A stretch of 64,000 bases of DNA from an uncultured Halobacteriales archaeon (GTDB lineage Archaea; Halobacteriota; Halobacteria; Halobacteriales; PXRE01): NCBI GenBank assembly GCA_964435625.1, contig CAYTAG010000001.1:7190-71189 (forward strand). Direction: 5' to 3'. The position numbers were made by a program, and so were the translations under genes. Of this stretch, positions 9,617-17,689 are shown piece after piece (the stretch's first letter is position 1; each line of letters begins with the position of its first letter). Below the pieces are notes generated by a model, which was not told the DNA's origin, searched no databases, and saw only the letters and a program-made list of their open reading frames with translations.

Positions 9617-11005
9617 ATGACCGACAACACCCTCAGCATCCGAGCACGCATCGCATTGGCACTCATCGTCGTCGCGTCGGCCTCCTGGCTGGTCGTCGCG
9701 AACCTGCCCGGCGCCCAGGCCGCCCCCCCGATCAACGACGCGCTCCAGGACGGCGACCTAGAGGACCGCGTGGGCGAGCAGGTGGCGGCGCCGCCGCCGA
9801 CCGATGACCCGGTTGTGATCAGCAGCCAGGGCCACGCCGCGAAGCACTACGACGCGACGGTCGTCGCGATCAACCAACAGGGAACGCTGATGTACGCCGA
9901 TACCCGCCACGACGTCTACTTCGACGTCGACCCCATCGCCACCGGCAAGTACGACGTCCAGTACATCGGCGTGACGGACCACCGGGACGAGGACTGCCCG
10001 ACCGGCGAGAAGTGTACGAACAACCACATCATCCGCGCGAATCTCTCGACCGGCGAGCGAGAGACGCTGTACTCGGAGATTACGCCGAACCACTACGAGA
10101 GTCGGTGGCACGACGCCCAGCGCGTCGACGAGCGCCACTACCTCGTGGCGGGCCTCGAACACGACCGCCTCCTGCTGGTCGACGTGCAGGCGGACGAGAC
10201 GGTCTGGGAGTGGCACTTCAACGAGAGCGCCCACTTCGAGTCGCCGGCCGAGAGCGGCGGCGGGCCCGACGACTGGACCCACGTCAACGACGTCGAGTTG
10301 CTGGAGGACGGCCGGATCATGGTGTCGCCCCGGAACCACGACCAGGTCACGTTCCTCGAGGTCGCGAGCGCCGGCAACCTCACCAGTCCGAACGCGACGC
10401 TCCGCGTCGACGAGGAGTGGACGCTGGGCGCCGACGGCCGCCACAGCGTCCTCTTCGAGCAGCACAACCCCGACTACATCCCGCCCGAGCAGGGCGGGCC
10501 CGCCGTGATCGTCGCGGACTCCGAGAATGACCGCCTGATGGAGTACCAGCGCCACCCGAACGGCTCCTGGACGTCGACGTGGATGTGGCGGGACGACCAG
10601 ACCAACTGGCCGCGAGACGCCGACCGCCTCCCGGATGGCGACACGCTCATCACCGACTCCCGGGGCGACCGCGTCCTCCTGGTCGACCCCGACGGCGAGG
10701 TCGAGTGGAACGTCTCCATCGGCATCCCCTACGAGGCCGAGGTCATCGGGGCCGGCCCCGAGAGCACGGGCGGGCCCGCGGCGAGTTCCGACGCCTTCAC
10801 GTCCCGGGCAGATAGCAAGGGCTTCTTCCAGCGACTCCTGCCCGCGAAGCTCTATCACGGCGCCTCCGCTGTCCTACCCCGGGGCGTCGGCGTCGCGGAC
10901 GTCCTCGCCACGCTCGTCCTCTGGACCGCTGGCGGCGTCCTCGTCCAGGACGTCGTTCGGCGCCGGCGCAACACGCCGGACGAGACGGCCGGAAAAGCAG
11001 GATAG
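9617..11005 (+). CDS. secreted arylsulfotransferase-like (ASST family) beta-propeller protein with C-terminal TM
   Basis: Signal-like N-terminus ALALIVVASASWLVVANLPGAQA. Repeats WTHVNDVELLEDGRIMVSPRNHDQV and DSENDRLMEY / DSRGDRVLLVDPDGEVEW. Internal Met of track ORF 9500..11005. Confidence 0.55.
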   Translation: MTDNTLSIRARIALALIVVASASWLVVANLPGAQAAPPINDALQDGDLEDRVGEQVAAPPPTDDPVVISSQGHAAKHYDATVVAINQQGTLMYADTRHDVYFDVDPIATGKYDVQYIGVTDHRDEDCPTGEKCTNNHIIRANLSTGERETLYSEITPNHYESRWHDAQRVDERHYLVAGLEHDRLLLVDVQADETVWEWHFNESAHFESPAESGGGPDDWTHVNDVELLEDGRIMVSPRNHDQVTFLEVASAGNLTSPNATLRVDEEWTLGADGRHSVLFEQHNPDYIPPEQGGPAVIVADSENDRLMEYQRHPNGSWTSTWMWRDDQTNWPRDADRLPDGDTLITDSRGDRVLLVDPDGEVEWNVSIGIPYEAEVIGAGPESTGGPAASSDAFTSRADSKGFFQRLLPAKLYHGASAVLPRGVGVADVLATLVLWTAGGVLVQDVVRRRRNTPDETAGKAG

Positions 11006-11014
11006 GCCCGCCGC

Positions 11015-11644
11015 CTACCGTAGCGAGAGGTGCTCGACGGCCCGGTCGGAGATGTGGTCGGGGACCGGGCCCAGGTAGTTTTCTCGGAACGTCGTTCGGC
11101 CGGACTCGGTCTGGCGCCACCCGCCCCAGGACATGGTAAGTTGCTCAGCGATTGGGACGCCCTCGAACGCCAGCGAGTAGTAGCTGTCCGTCGCCCAGGT
11201 CCGCCGGAGGTCGTGCATCCCGAGGTCGTCCCAGGGCTGGTCGCCGTCGACGCGGTCGTCCTCGACGATCTCCTCGCGGGCGGCACTGATCCAGTTGCGG
11301 ACCTGGCGCTTGCCGACGTCGATCAGCGGTTCGTCCTGGCGGAGTCTCGCCGCGCTCTTCAAGAGCCGAATCCGCTGCACGAGGTCCTCGGAGATCGGGA
11401 CCTCGCGCTTGCCGGTCTTGCCGTCGGGAATAATCAGTACGTGGCCGTCGCCCCCGTTCGCGAGGGTACGGACGTGCTGGGGTTCAACCTGGACGACCTC
11501 GTCGGCCCGGAGACCGTGCAGGCCCAGCTGCATTGCGAGGCGTCGGCGCGGCTCTTCCTCAAGGACATCCAGGAGGACTTTCTGCTCGCTACGGGCCAGC
11601 CAGATCCGCAGGCCGTCTTCCTCAGGGTAGGGTCGCGTCTGCAT
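11015..11644 (-). CDS. tyrosine recombinase / phage-type integrase (short, 209 aa)
   Basis: GLRADEV (box I Arg), HDLRRTWAT (H-x-x-R), GGW, and a C-terminal Tyr in RENYLG. Confidence 0.85.
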   Translation of the reverse strand: MQTRPYPEEDGLRIWLARSEQKVLLDVLEEEPRRRLAMQLGLHGLRADEVVQVEPQHVRTLANGGDGHVLIIPDGKTGKREVPISEDLVQRIRLLKSAARLRQDEPLIDVGKRQVRNWISAAREEIVEDDRVDGDQPWDDLGMHDLRRTWATDSYYSLAFEGVPIAEQLTMSWGGWRQTESGRTTFRENYLGPVPDHISDRAVEHLSLR

Positions 11645-11646
11645 GG

Positions 11647-11769
11647 CTACCCGTCGAGTCCCTCCAGGTCGACGTCGAAGTCCCCGACGACGTGGACGAT
11701 CGTCGGTCGGTCAGCGTCACGCTCCCTCGCTGCGAGGTCCTCCAGTGAGGTGGGTTGGTGCTTGTTCAT
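11647..11769 (-). CDS. small hypothetical protein (40 aa) upstream of the integrase
   Basis: My own translation: MNKHQPTSLEDLAARERDADRPTIVHVVGDFDVDLEGLDG. ATGA overlap with the upstream gene. Below the track length cutoff. Confidence 0.3.
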   Translation of the reverse strand: MNKHQPTSLEDLAARERDADRPTIVHVVGDFDVDLEGLDG

Positions 11770-11957
11770 GCGTAATCCATCCCCACGAGAGCCGCCAGTA
11801 TCCCCGCTGTCGCCGCCATGTACGCCAGGGTTAGACGGCCGGTGAGAAGCGCCAGGATTGCCGCCAGCCCAGAGACGGCGACGGCAACCTTCGACAGCAG
11901 GATCATGCCGCTTCCGCGCCGGCTGCGCTTCCCCGATCCATCGATGTCCCGGCTCAT
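11766..11957 (-). CDS. small membrane protein
   Basis: 63 aa with two hydrophobic helices. Confidence 0.45.
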   Translation of the reverse strand: MSRDIDGSGKRSRRGSGMILLSKVAVAVSGLAAILALLTGRLTLAYMAATAGILAALVGMDYA

Positions 11958-12217
11958 GTTTTTCGGCGCTCCACGATGCTGGCTAAGAACGCGATCATCG
12001 CGAAGACCAGGAGGGTCAGCCCCGTCGCCATCAGGCCGGTGCCCAGGAAGGACAGCGGCCCGCCGTACAGATGGACCGCCCAGGCGACGCCGGCGAACAG
12101 CAGGCTCAGCACGACGGCTGTGCCGGCGCCGGCCAACGAGATGGCGTGGTCCTCCTCCGGCTCATCGCCTTCCACAGGAGGCGTGCTCGCCCGCTCTGCA
12201 GTGGATGCGTCGTCCAT
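11954..12217 (-). CDS. membrane protein
   Basis: 87 aa, acidic N-terminus then two TM helices. Confidence 0.5.
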   Translation of the reverse strand: MDDASTAERASTPPVEGDEPEEDHAISLAGAGTAVVLSLLFAGVAWAVHLYGGPLSFLGTGLMATGLTLLVFAMIAFLASIVERRKT

Positions 12218-12639
12218 CAGCCGATCACTCCGTGCTCCCGGGCGACCTCGGGGTCGGTCGTCTCCTCGACACGGGACTCGTCGTACCAGTTCCGTTGCTC
12301 CTTCAAATACCAGGTGGTCGCGCTTACGGCGAGGTAGACGACGGCATTCGCTCCGGTCAGTCGAACGGCCTCCGCCCAGGTTCCCGTCGGGCCCAGCAGT
12401 TTCAGAAGGATCGGGACGACAGCGCCCAGCAGGGCGCCTAACTGGAACACTCCGAGGAGTAGCAGAATAACGTGGTGCACCCTCGATTTGTACGGACTCC
12501 CGATCTCGACCGGCTCCGGCAACTCGCTGGGCTGTTCAGCCCCACAGTGTCGACAGTAGTTCGCGCGGTCTGGCCCCGGGACCGGGTTCCCGCAGTCGAT
12601 ACACTCGGCGCCGTCGGTGATTAGAGCTTCCTTTGTCAT
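12217..12639 (-). CDS. zinc-ribbon membrane protein
   Basis: CIDCGNPVPGPDRANYCRHCG followed by TM helices. Confidence 0.6.
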   Translation of the reverse strand: MTKEALITDGAECIDCGNPVPGPDRANYCRHCGAEQPSELPEPVEIGSPYKSRVHHVILLLLGVFQLGALLGAVVPILLKLLGPTGTWAEAVRLTGANAVVYLAVSATTWYLKEQRNWYDESRVEETTDPEVAREHGVIG

Positions 12640-12645
12640 TGTTGG

Positions 12646-12804
12646 TTACTTTGGCGCCAGCCCGGTGATGGCGTCTACGATCACTGCGACGATTAGAAAC
12701 GTCGCCACTAGCATCAGCACCGGAACCGCTTCGATTGGGATCAGGGTGGCGACCACCGCCAACACAATCACAATTCCTCCGACGCATATCCACGTCAGTA
12801 TCAT
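12646..12804 (-). CDS. small membrane protein (52 aa)
   Basis: My own translation: MILTWICVGGIVIVLAVVATLIPIEAVPVLMLVATFLIVAVIVDAITGLAPK. Below the track cutoff. Confidence 0.35.
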   Translation of the reverse strand: MILTWICVGGIVIVLAVVATLIPIEAVPVLMLVATFLIVAVIVDAITGLAPK

Positions 12805-12828
12805 CGGTCCATCGCCTCGCGCGGGCCC

Positions 12829-13047
12829 TCACCTATGGTCAAAGCTTCCGTCATCGTCAATGAACTCTTCCCAGGTGTCCTGGATGCGTTCTGGTTGATC
12901 TCCGATGCGCAGCGGGTAGCCGACCGCCTCGACGAAGGCGTCGTACGCCTCGGCCGGGTCAGCCTCCTGGAGGCCGCGCAGGAGTAGCTCGTGGCGGCCG
13001 TCTCTCTCCCGTTGCTCCTCGTTGTCGTAATGGAACTGGTCGGTCAT
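12829..13047 (-). CDS. hypothetical acidic protein
   Basis: Internal Met (MTDQFHYDNEEQ) gives an ATGA overlap with the upstream stop. Confidence 0.5.
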   Translation of the reverse strand: MTDQFHYDNEEQRERDGRHELLLRGLQEADPAEAYDAFVEAVGYPLRIGDQPERIQDTWEEFIDDDGSFDHR

Positions 13048-13430
13048 GCTGTTGCTTCCTGAGGATCTGATCCATCTACCTCTCGGGAAACCGTGATCCC
13101 ACACCTGCCGCACTGGCCGTGGATCTTATCTTCGAAGTCGCCGCAGTCCTGAACCTCCGCATACGGATCGCGGAACTCCACTTCGCAGTTCTGGCAGAAG
13201 AACCAGCGACTGACTTCCCGCTGGGTGTCGCCGTCGATCTCCGCGGAACCGCCGTCAGTGAGCGGTTCTCCAGCGGGAACCTCGTCCTCCCTGGCGTCGG
13301 GTTCACAGCCTCCGCATACCCACTCTTTCTGCACGGCTCCGTTGACCCGCGTGTTGATCGGCGTCAGCTTGTCGTGGTTGACGAGACATCGGCTACATGA
13401 CCCCCCTCGTTCAACTTGATCATTAGCCAT
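13044..13430 (-). CDS. zinc-finger protein
   Basis: CSRC...CGGC and CQNC...CGRCG cysteine pairs. Contains PLTDGGS. Confidence 0.6.
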   Translation of the reverse strand: MANDQVERGGSCSRCLVNHDKLTPINTRVNGAVQKEWVCGGCEPDAREDEVPAGEPLTDGGSAEIDGDTQREVSRWFFCQNCEVEFRDPYAEVQDCGDFEDKIHGQCGRCGITVSREVDGSDPQEATA

Positions 13431-13725
13431 TGTTCACCTCAAGGTGTGTCTCAACCCATTCATTATTCAGCTCAATATGTTTTGTTTTGTGGTAGATTAG
13501 AAGACCTAAAAGAGACATGACCAACAGGCCACCATAGATCGCTATAAATTTTGGTTCGATCACCGCAGAAAACCCCTCGTCGACCCATCTTTGCACGACA
13601 GCAATCGGTGTTAAAATAATGCTTAGGTAAGCCCCAATAACGCTGATTTTCCCGCGTGGTGTGCGGAAAAATGCCGCAGTCGCGTACATCGCCTGTTCTC
13701 TCTTTGAGGGCGTTTCTTGTGTCAT
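13423..13725 (-). CDS. membrane protein (low-GC gene)
   Basis: 100 aa with two TM helices. Visibly AT-richer codons than its neighbours. Confidence 0.55.
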   Translation of the reverse strand: MTQETPSKREQAMYATAAFFRTPRGKISVIGAYLSIILTPIAVVQRWVDEGFSAVIEPKFIAIYGGLLVMSLLGLLIYHKTKHIELNNEWVETHLEVNNG

Positions 13726-14081
13726 TGTTTACCAGTTGCTCCATGCCCGGGCGCGGATTCTACATCGTATCCCGCTTCCTGAAGGGCAGCGGTCAGTTCC
13801 GATTCGTCGTTCCCGCGTTCCCTCCACTCTTCCGAGAGATTCCACGCGCGGTCGATCACGGGCGATAAATGCAACCCGCCCTCGTCCGCATCTCGAATCC
13901 GGCCGACAGCGGCCACGTACTCGGAGAGAAGTTCTTCGTCGTCGAGGTGCTCGTACGGACGATCTCCGTTGGCGCGGTTCTCGTCGAGCGCTCGGCGCCG
14001 GTAGTAGCCCCGAGACGCGCCCGATGACGATCCCCGAATCGTGTTGAGTATGGTTTTGAGTTGACGAATCATGCCATTCAC
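13722..14081 (-). CDS. hypothetical protein
   Basis: 119-aa ORF coupled to neighbours. Confidence 0.55.
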   Translation of the reverse strand: MNGMIRQLKTILNTIRGSSSGASRGYYRRRALDENRANGDRPYEHLDDEELLSEYVAAVGRIRDADEGGLHLSPVIDRAWNLSEEWRERGNDESELTAALQEAGYDVESAPGHGATGKQ

Positions 14082-14269
14082 TCTTCAGAACTGAGGGCAT
14101 CCTCAACGGCGTCCTCCAGGCCGGCTTCGACGAGGTCCATGCGGATCTCGCTGATCCGCTCGCGAATGTCCTCGATCTCCATCTCCGCTTCGTTGGCGAG
14201 TTCGTCTTCCAGTTCTTCGAGCCGTCCGGCGATTTCCGCCACTTCATCCCCGAGTTCAGGTTCAGCCAT
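14078..14269 (-). CDS. small acidic coiled-coil protein
   Basis: 63 aa, Glu/Asp-rich heptad-like sequence. First gene of the minus-strand run ending at the integrase. Confidence 0.5.
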   Translation of the reverse strand: MAEPELGDEVAEIAGRLEELEDELANEAEMEIEDIRERISEIRMDLVEAGLEDAVEDALSSEE

Positions 14270-14597
14270 GTATTGACCACTTCCGGTTTACATTCCTTAC
14301 CGGCTTATTCCGGAACCTTAGTTCTTTGGTTCGGGCTGATCGCGGCGGTCGAGGAGGGGGTTCGGGGGGTTCAGCCCGGGGTTCGACCCGAGCGATTGCC
14401 GACAATCGGCCATTCCCGGAAGTCCGTCGACGCCCAGCGCGCAGCGCTGGCGGCACTCGTCGAGCGCAGACCCATCCCGTCTGGAGACTGAAAGTTCGCC
14501 TGCGCCCTGCAGCGCCGGCGACGCTCCGCGGTTTCACTACGAGACTGGGAAAACCGCCAGCAGGCGCCAGGATGGCCAACGGATAAACCACATCTCG

Positions 14598-14915
14598 CTA
14601 TACGTTTTGCAGACCCTCTTCGTTCCGAAGGTGATAACCACACGCGCTACAGGTGACCGCGTGTTTCTGGTTATATTCTTCTCGGTCGCTACTGAGGCAA
14701 AGGGAGCAGTCGCGGTATCCGCAGGGGCGAGACTCCCAAGTACACTCGTGGACTACCCCACTCCTCCCGTGGTAATCGAGGATGTAGGCAAGTGGTTCAG
14801 TACAGTGTGGACAACTAATCCTCGTGTACAACCGTGTCTCTGCTCTCCTGATCTCTCCGCCCTCTATATCATAATCGTCGATCCGGTACCCACATGCCGG
14901 GCAGCTGTCGTCCAT
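14598..14915 (-). CDS. multi zinc-ribbon protein
   Basis: CPACGY, CPHC and CSACGY motifs. Lower-GC gene. Confidence 0.6.
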   Translation of the reverse strand: MDDSCPACGYRIDDYDIEGGEIRRAETRLYTRISCPHCTEPLAYILDYHGRSGVVHECTWESRPCGYRDCSLCLSSDREEYNQKHAVTCSACGYHLRNEEGLQNV

Positions 14916-15048
14916 TATGCTTTCCCTCTTCGGCGGACGGACTTTAATTCCCAGCCCAACGGGGAAGCAGTACCAACTCCTACACTATTCCCTTCGAGTC
15001 TAACACAAGTCGCCGTGCAATTGGCGAAAACGGTTAGGCCATCGTTTC

Positions 15049-15480
15049 TCATGCCTCAATCTCCTCCCACTCCTCGGGGAGCGTGTCTTTGACAACCTCT
15101 CGAATGCCGTCGAACAACCCTTCGACCAGTTCCTCGGCAGTGTCGAATCGGTCCTGGTCCTTGAATGCCTCAGCGACCTGCTCGTCGTCAGCGACCAGCG
15201 AGACGGTCATCGTCACGCCGTCGGTTGCGAAGGTCACTGACTCCTCTGCGTCGTGGCTTTCGGGGCGACGTCGGACGTTCGGGAGACCGTCTTGCATCGA
15301 ACGAAGGTGGTTCTCAACCGCCCGATTGACGTTCACGTGGGGGACTTCCCCGCGCGCCTCGTTGCCTTCAGTCTTCACGATGGACTCGAAGCCGGCAGTC
15401 CAGAGGTTGCTCTCCGCGCTCCAGTCGTTGTTCAGTTCTTTCGGGTCTCGTCCCGATTCGTCGGCAGTTGATTCTGCCAT
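15049..15480 (-). CDS. hypothetical acidic protein
   Basis: Internal Met (MAESTADES) of track ORF 15049..15528. The longer form would run into the palindromic promoter region. Confidence 0.55.
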   Translation of the reverse strand: MAESTADESGRDPKELNNDWSAESNLWTAGFESIVKTEGNEARGEVPHVNVNRAVENHLRSMQDGLPNVRRRPESHDAEESVTFATDGVTMTVSLVADDEQVAEAFKDQDRFDTAEELVEGLFDGIREVVKDTLPEEWEEIEA

Positions 15481-15564
15481 GTTCTTGCGTACACACTCAA
15501 TAACCATAGTTCTTGCGCACATACGCAAATACTATGGTTCCTGCGTGCATGGTCAGATATAAGC
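15481..15564. promoter_or_regulatory. divergent promoter region with a 36-bp palindrome and three GTTCYTGCG direct repeats
   Basis: ACCATAGTTCTTGCG-CACATA-CGCAAATACTATGGT at about 15503-15538. GTTCTTGCGTACA, GTTCTTGCGCACA and GTTCCTGCGTGCA repeats. GATATAAG box. Confidence 0.5.
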
Positions 15565-15807
15565 GTGACAGAGCCGACCCGTCGAGGTGTGACCCGTCCG
15601 CGCGAACCGCCGTCCATCGAAGAGGTGTACGAGGCGATGGAGCCGAACCGCTGTTACGTCGCTGCGGATCTCCGCGCGGAGTTCGAGGGCGAGTACGATC
15701 CCGCCCACAACACGATTCGGAACCGGCTGGCCGAGCTCGTCGACGAAGGGCGGGTCGACCGCGAGAAGCACGTCAACGGCGCCGTCACCTACCGCCGACG
15801 CGAGTAA
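15565..15807 (+). CDS. small winged-helix DNA-binding protein
   Basis: 80 aa. SIEEVYEAM...YVAADLRAEFEGEYDPAHNTIRNRLAELVDEGRVDRE...VTYRR has a wHTH-like pattern. GTG start. Confidence 0.55.
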   Translation: MTEPTRRGVTRPREPPSIEEVYEAMEPNRCYVAADLRAEFEGEYDPAHNTIRNRLAELVDEGRVDREKHVNGAVTYRRRE

Positions 15808-15809
15808 AT

Positions 15810-17665
15810 GTTTTATCAGTCGGGGGTTAATCGAAGACGTATCAGGCCAGACTGAGTGGGGGACGATCCCGAGAACGAACCTGACGCCCCAAATTCCACA
15901 ACCACTACTGTCGCTTCATCTTCGGCCCTCGATCCCGTCGAGTACGTCGTCTCGCAGTTCGAGCACGCCTTAGAACAGGGGCTGGACCACGAGGTCGCCA
16001 TCGGCAACCTTGACCTGCCGACCGACCAGTTCGAGGACCAGTACCGCGACCGCGACGACGACCGCAAGTCGTTCGACGCGATGCTCCGCGCGTTTATCTA
16101 CATGCGGGTGAAGGGGCTGTCGTACAGCGAGATGGAACGCCAGTTCGACCGCTGGGGCGACCTCCCGCACCTCCTGCGGTTCGACGTCGACTACGTCTCC
16201 CGAGGGACGTTCAGCTACGCCAAACAGCACCGCTTCGACGAGGAGGCCTGGCAGTTCATCGTCGAGGCCAGCGACCGCATCCGTGAGGTCGCGGAAGAGC
16301 ACGGCGTCCGCCCTGAGTACCTCGCTGATGGCGGGCGCGACACCCCCGGCGTCGACGACGGGGGGCTGAAGAAGGTGGCCGTCCGCCGGACGCGCGAGCT
16401 CGTCTTCGGCGCCTGGACCACCGACCGCGCGGACAACCGCTCGTATAGCGACGAGGACCACATCCGCCAGGCAGCGTACATGGCGATGGCCGACTCCGGG
16501 ACGCCCGCCGGCAGTCGCCGGCACGAGGCCACCAACGCGGACGCGATGGCCGGCAACACGCACCTGGACATCACGAAGCGGTACGACGTCGTGGACGTGG
16601 TGCGGTGCTTCCGGGAATCGGTCGGCGCCGTCTACGACGTCCTGAAGTTCCGCGAGCAGTTCGCCCAACCGGCGATCTGCGCCGTCGACATTACGCCGTA
16701 TCCGTACTGGGGCGAGCCCGACGCGAACCCCATGATGGCCCGCATGACCTCGGGGATGCGCCCCGAGAAGCAGTCGCCGTACGCCCTGAAGTTCGCCACG
16801 ATCACCACGGCGGGCGACACCATCCCGACCATCCTCGGCATCGTCCCCGTTCAGGAGGAGTCGCCCTGGGGCGGGACGACGTACCCGACGGCGAAGCAGG
16901 TCGGCCAGCTGCTCGACCAGGCGACCGACTACGTGTCGGTAAGCCTGCTGCTGATGGACCGCGAGTACGACTCGCTGACGGTCGCGCGGGAAGTGACCGA
17001 GCGCGACGTGACCTTCCTGACGCCGTTGAGCAACCGTCGTGACCACCAGGACTACCACATCGAGTACATGCGCCGGCAGGAGATCCACGTCGACGTCGAA
17101 CCCTGGTATCTGGACGTGCGCGATCCCGACGGCACCGTCGACCAGACGCTGATGCTCCAGCATCTGTACGTCCCGTCGACGCAGGAAGGGACCCGAACCC
17201 AGGTCTTCCGGACGAACGACCCGTGGGTGGACGTCGACACAGCGGAGGGCTTCGCCACTCGCTACCGGACGCGCTGGGACGTCGAGAACCAGTTCAAGAC
17301 CATCAAGAACGAGTTTCTGGCGCTGACCACCAGCCGGGTGTACGTCGTGCGGATGTTCTACTTCTATCTCGGGTGCGCGCTACAGAACGCCTGGCGGTTG
17401 GCCGACTTCTACTATCAGGACGCCCATCCCGACCTGGAGTACGACGGTGCGCCCGAGCTCACCGCCGGGGAGTTCGTCGATCTCGCTGCGAAGGAACTCG
17501 GTGGACTCCTCGATTTCTAACCGCCTGCTGATACTACTTGGTAAGTGAGTGGTCGGTATCCGGATTCTGAAAGGTTGCGCGAAAGACGTGTGTTAAACCA
17601 TATACGACCCGTTTGACAGAGTATTAAATCGTGAACTACTGACTGTTCCGAAAGATTACCGGGAG
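15810..17665 (+). mobile_element. insertion sequence (boundaries approximate)
   Basis: Single transposase gene flanked by AT-richer non-coding DNA. Terminal inverted repeats and target duplication could not be confirmed by eye. Confidence 0.4.
15856..17520 (+). CDS. DDE transposase, IS4-like (haloarchaeal ISH type)
   Basis: AVDITPYPYW (D), LLLMDREYDS (D), YRTRWDVENQFKTIK (Y-2-R-3-E-6-K signature). Confidence 0.85.
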   Translation: MGDDPENEPDAPNSTTTTVASSSALDPVEYVVSQFEHALEQGLDHEVAIGNLDLPTDQFEDQYRDRDDDRKSFDAMLRAFIYMRVKGLSYSEMERQFDRWGDLPHLLRFDVDYVSRGTFSYAKQHRFDEEAWQFIVEASDRIREVAEEHGVRPEYLADGGRDTPGVDDGGLKKVAVRRTRELVFGAWTTDRADNRSYSDEDHIRQAAYMAMADSGTPAGSRRHEATNADAMAGNTHLDITKRYDVVDVVRCFRESVGAVYDVLKFREQFAQPAICAVDITPYPYWGEPDANPMMARMTSGMRPEKQSPYALKFATITTAGDTIPTILGIVPVQEESPWGGTTYPTAKQVGQLLDQATDYVSVSLLLMDREYDSLTVAREVTERDVTFLTPLSNRRDHQDYHIEYMRRQEIHVDVEPWYLDVRDPDGTVDQTLMLQHLYVPSTQEGTRTQVFRTNDPWVDVDTAEGFATRYRTRWDVENQFKTIKNEFLALTTSRVYVVRMFYFYLGCALQNAWRLADFYYQDAHPDLEYDGAPELTAGEFVDLAAKELGGLLDF

Positions 17666-17689
17666 ACTGTGACTGCTGGTCATCGCTGG

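Noticed and set aside
14357-14400. tRNA-like T-arm (GGGGTTCGACCCGAG)
   Set aside because: I could not fold a complete cloverleaf. The stems mismatch, and no acceptor, D or anticodon arms are evident. It is retained only as a possible att or tRNA-fragment remnant in the findings.
15810-15830. Terminal inverted repeats of the IS (CAGTC... / ...GACTG)
   Set aside because: Only about 5 bp match convincingly plus a few scattered positions, and no target duplication is seen. The boundaries are left approximate.
15970-17163. 397-aa minus-strand ORF
   Set aside because: It lies antisense to the transposase gene, which carries a clear DDE/YREK signature. The composition is that of a shadow ORF.
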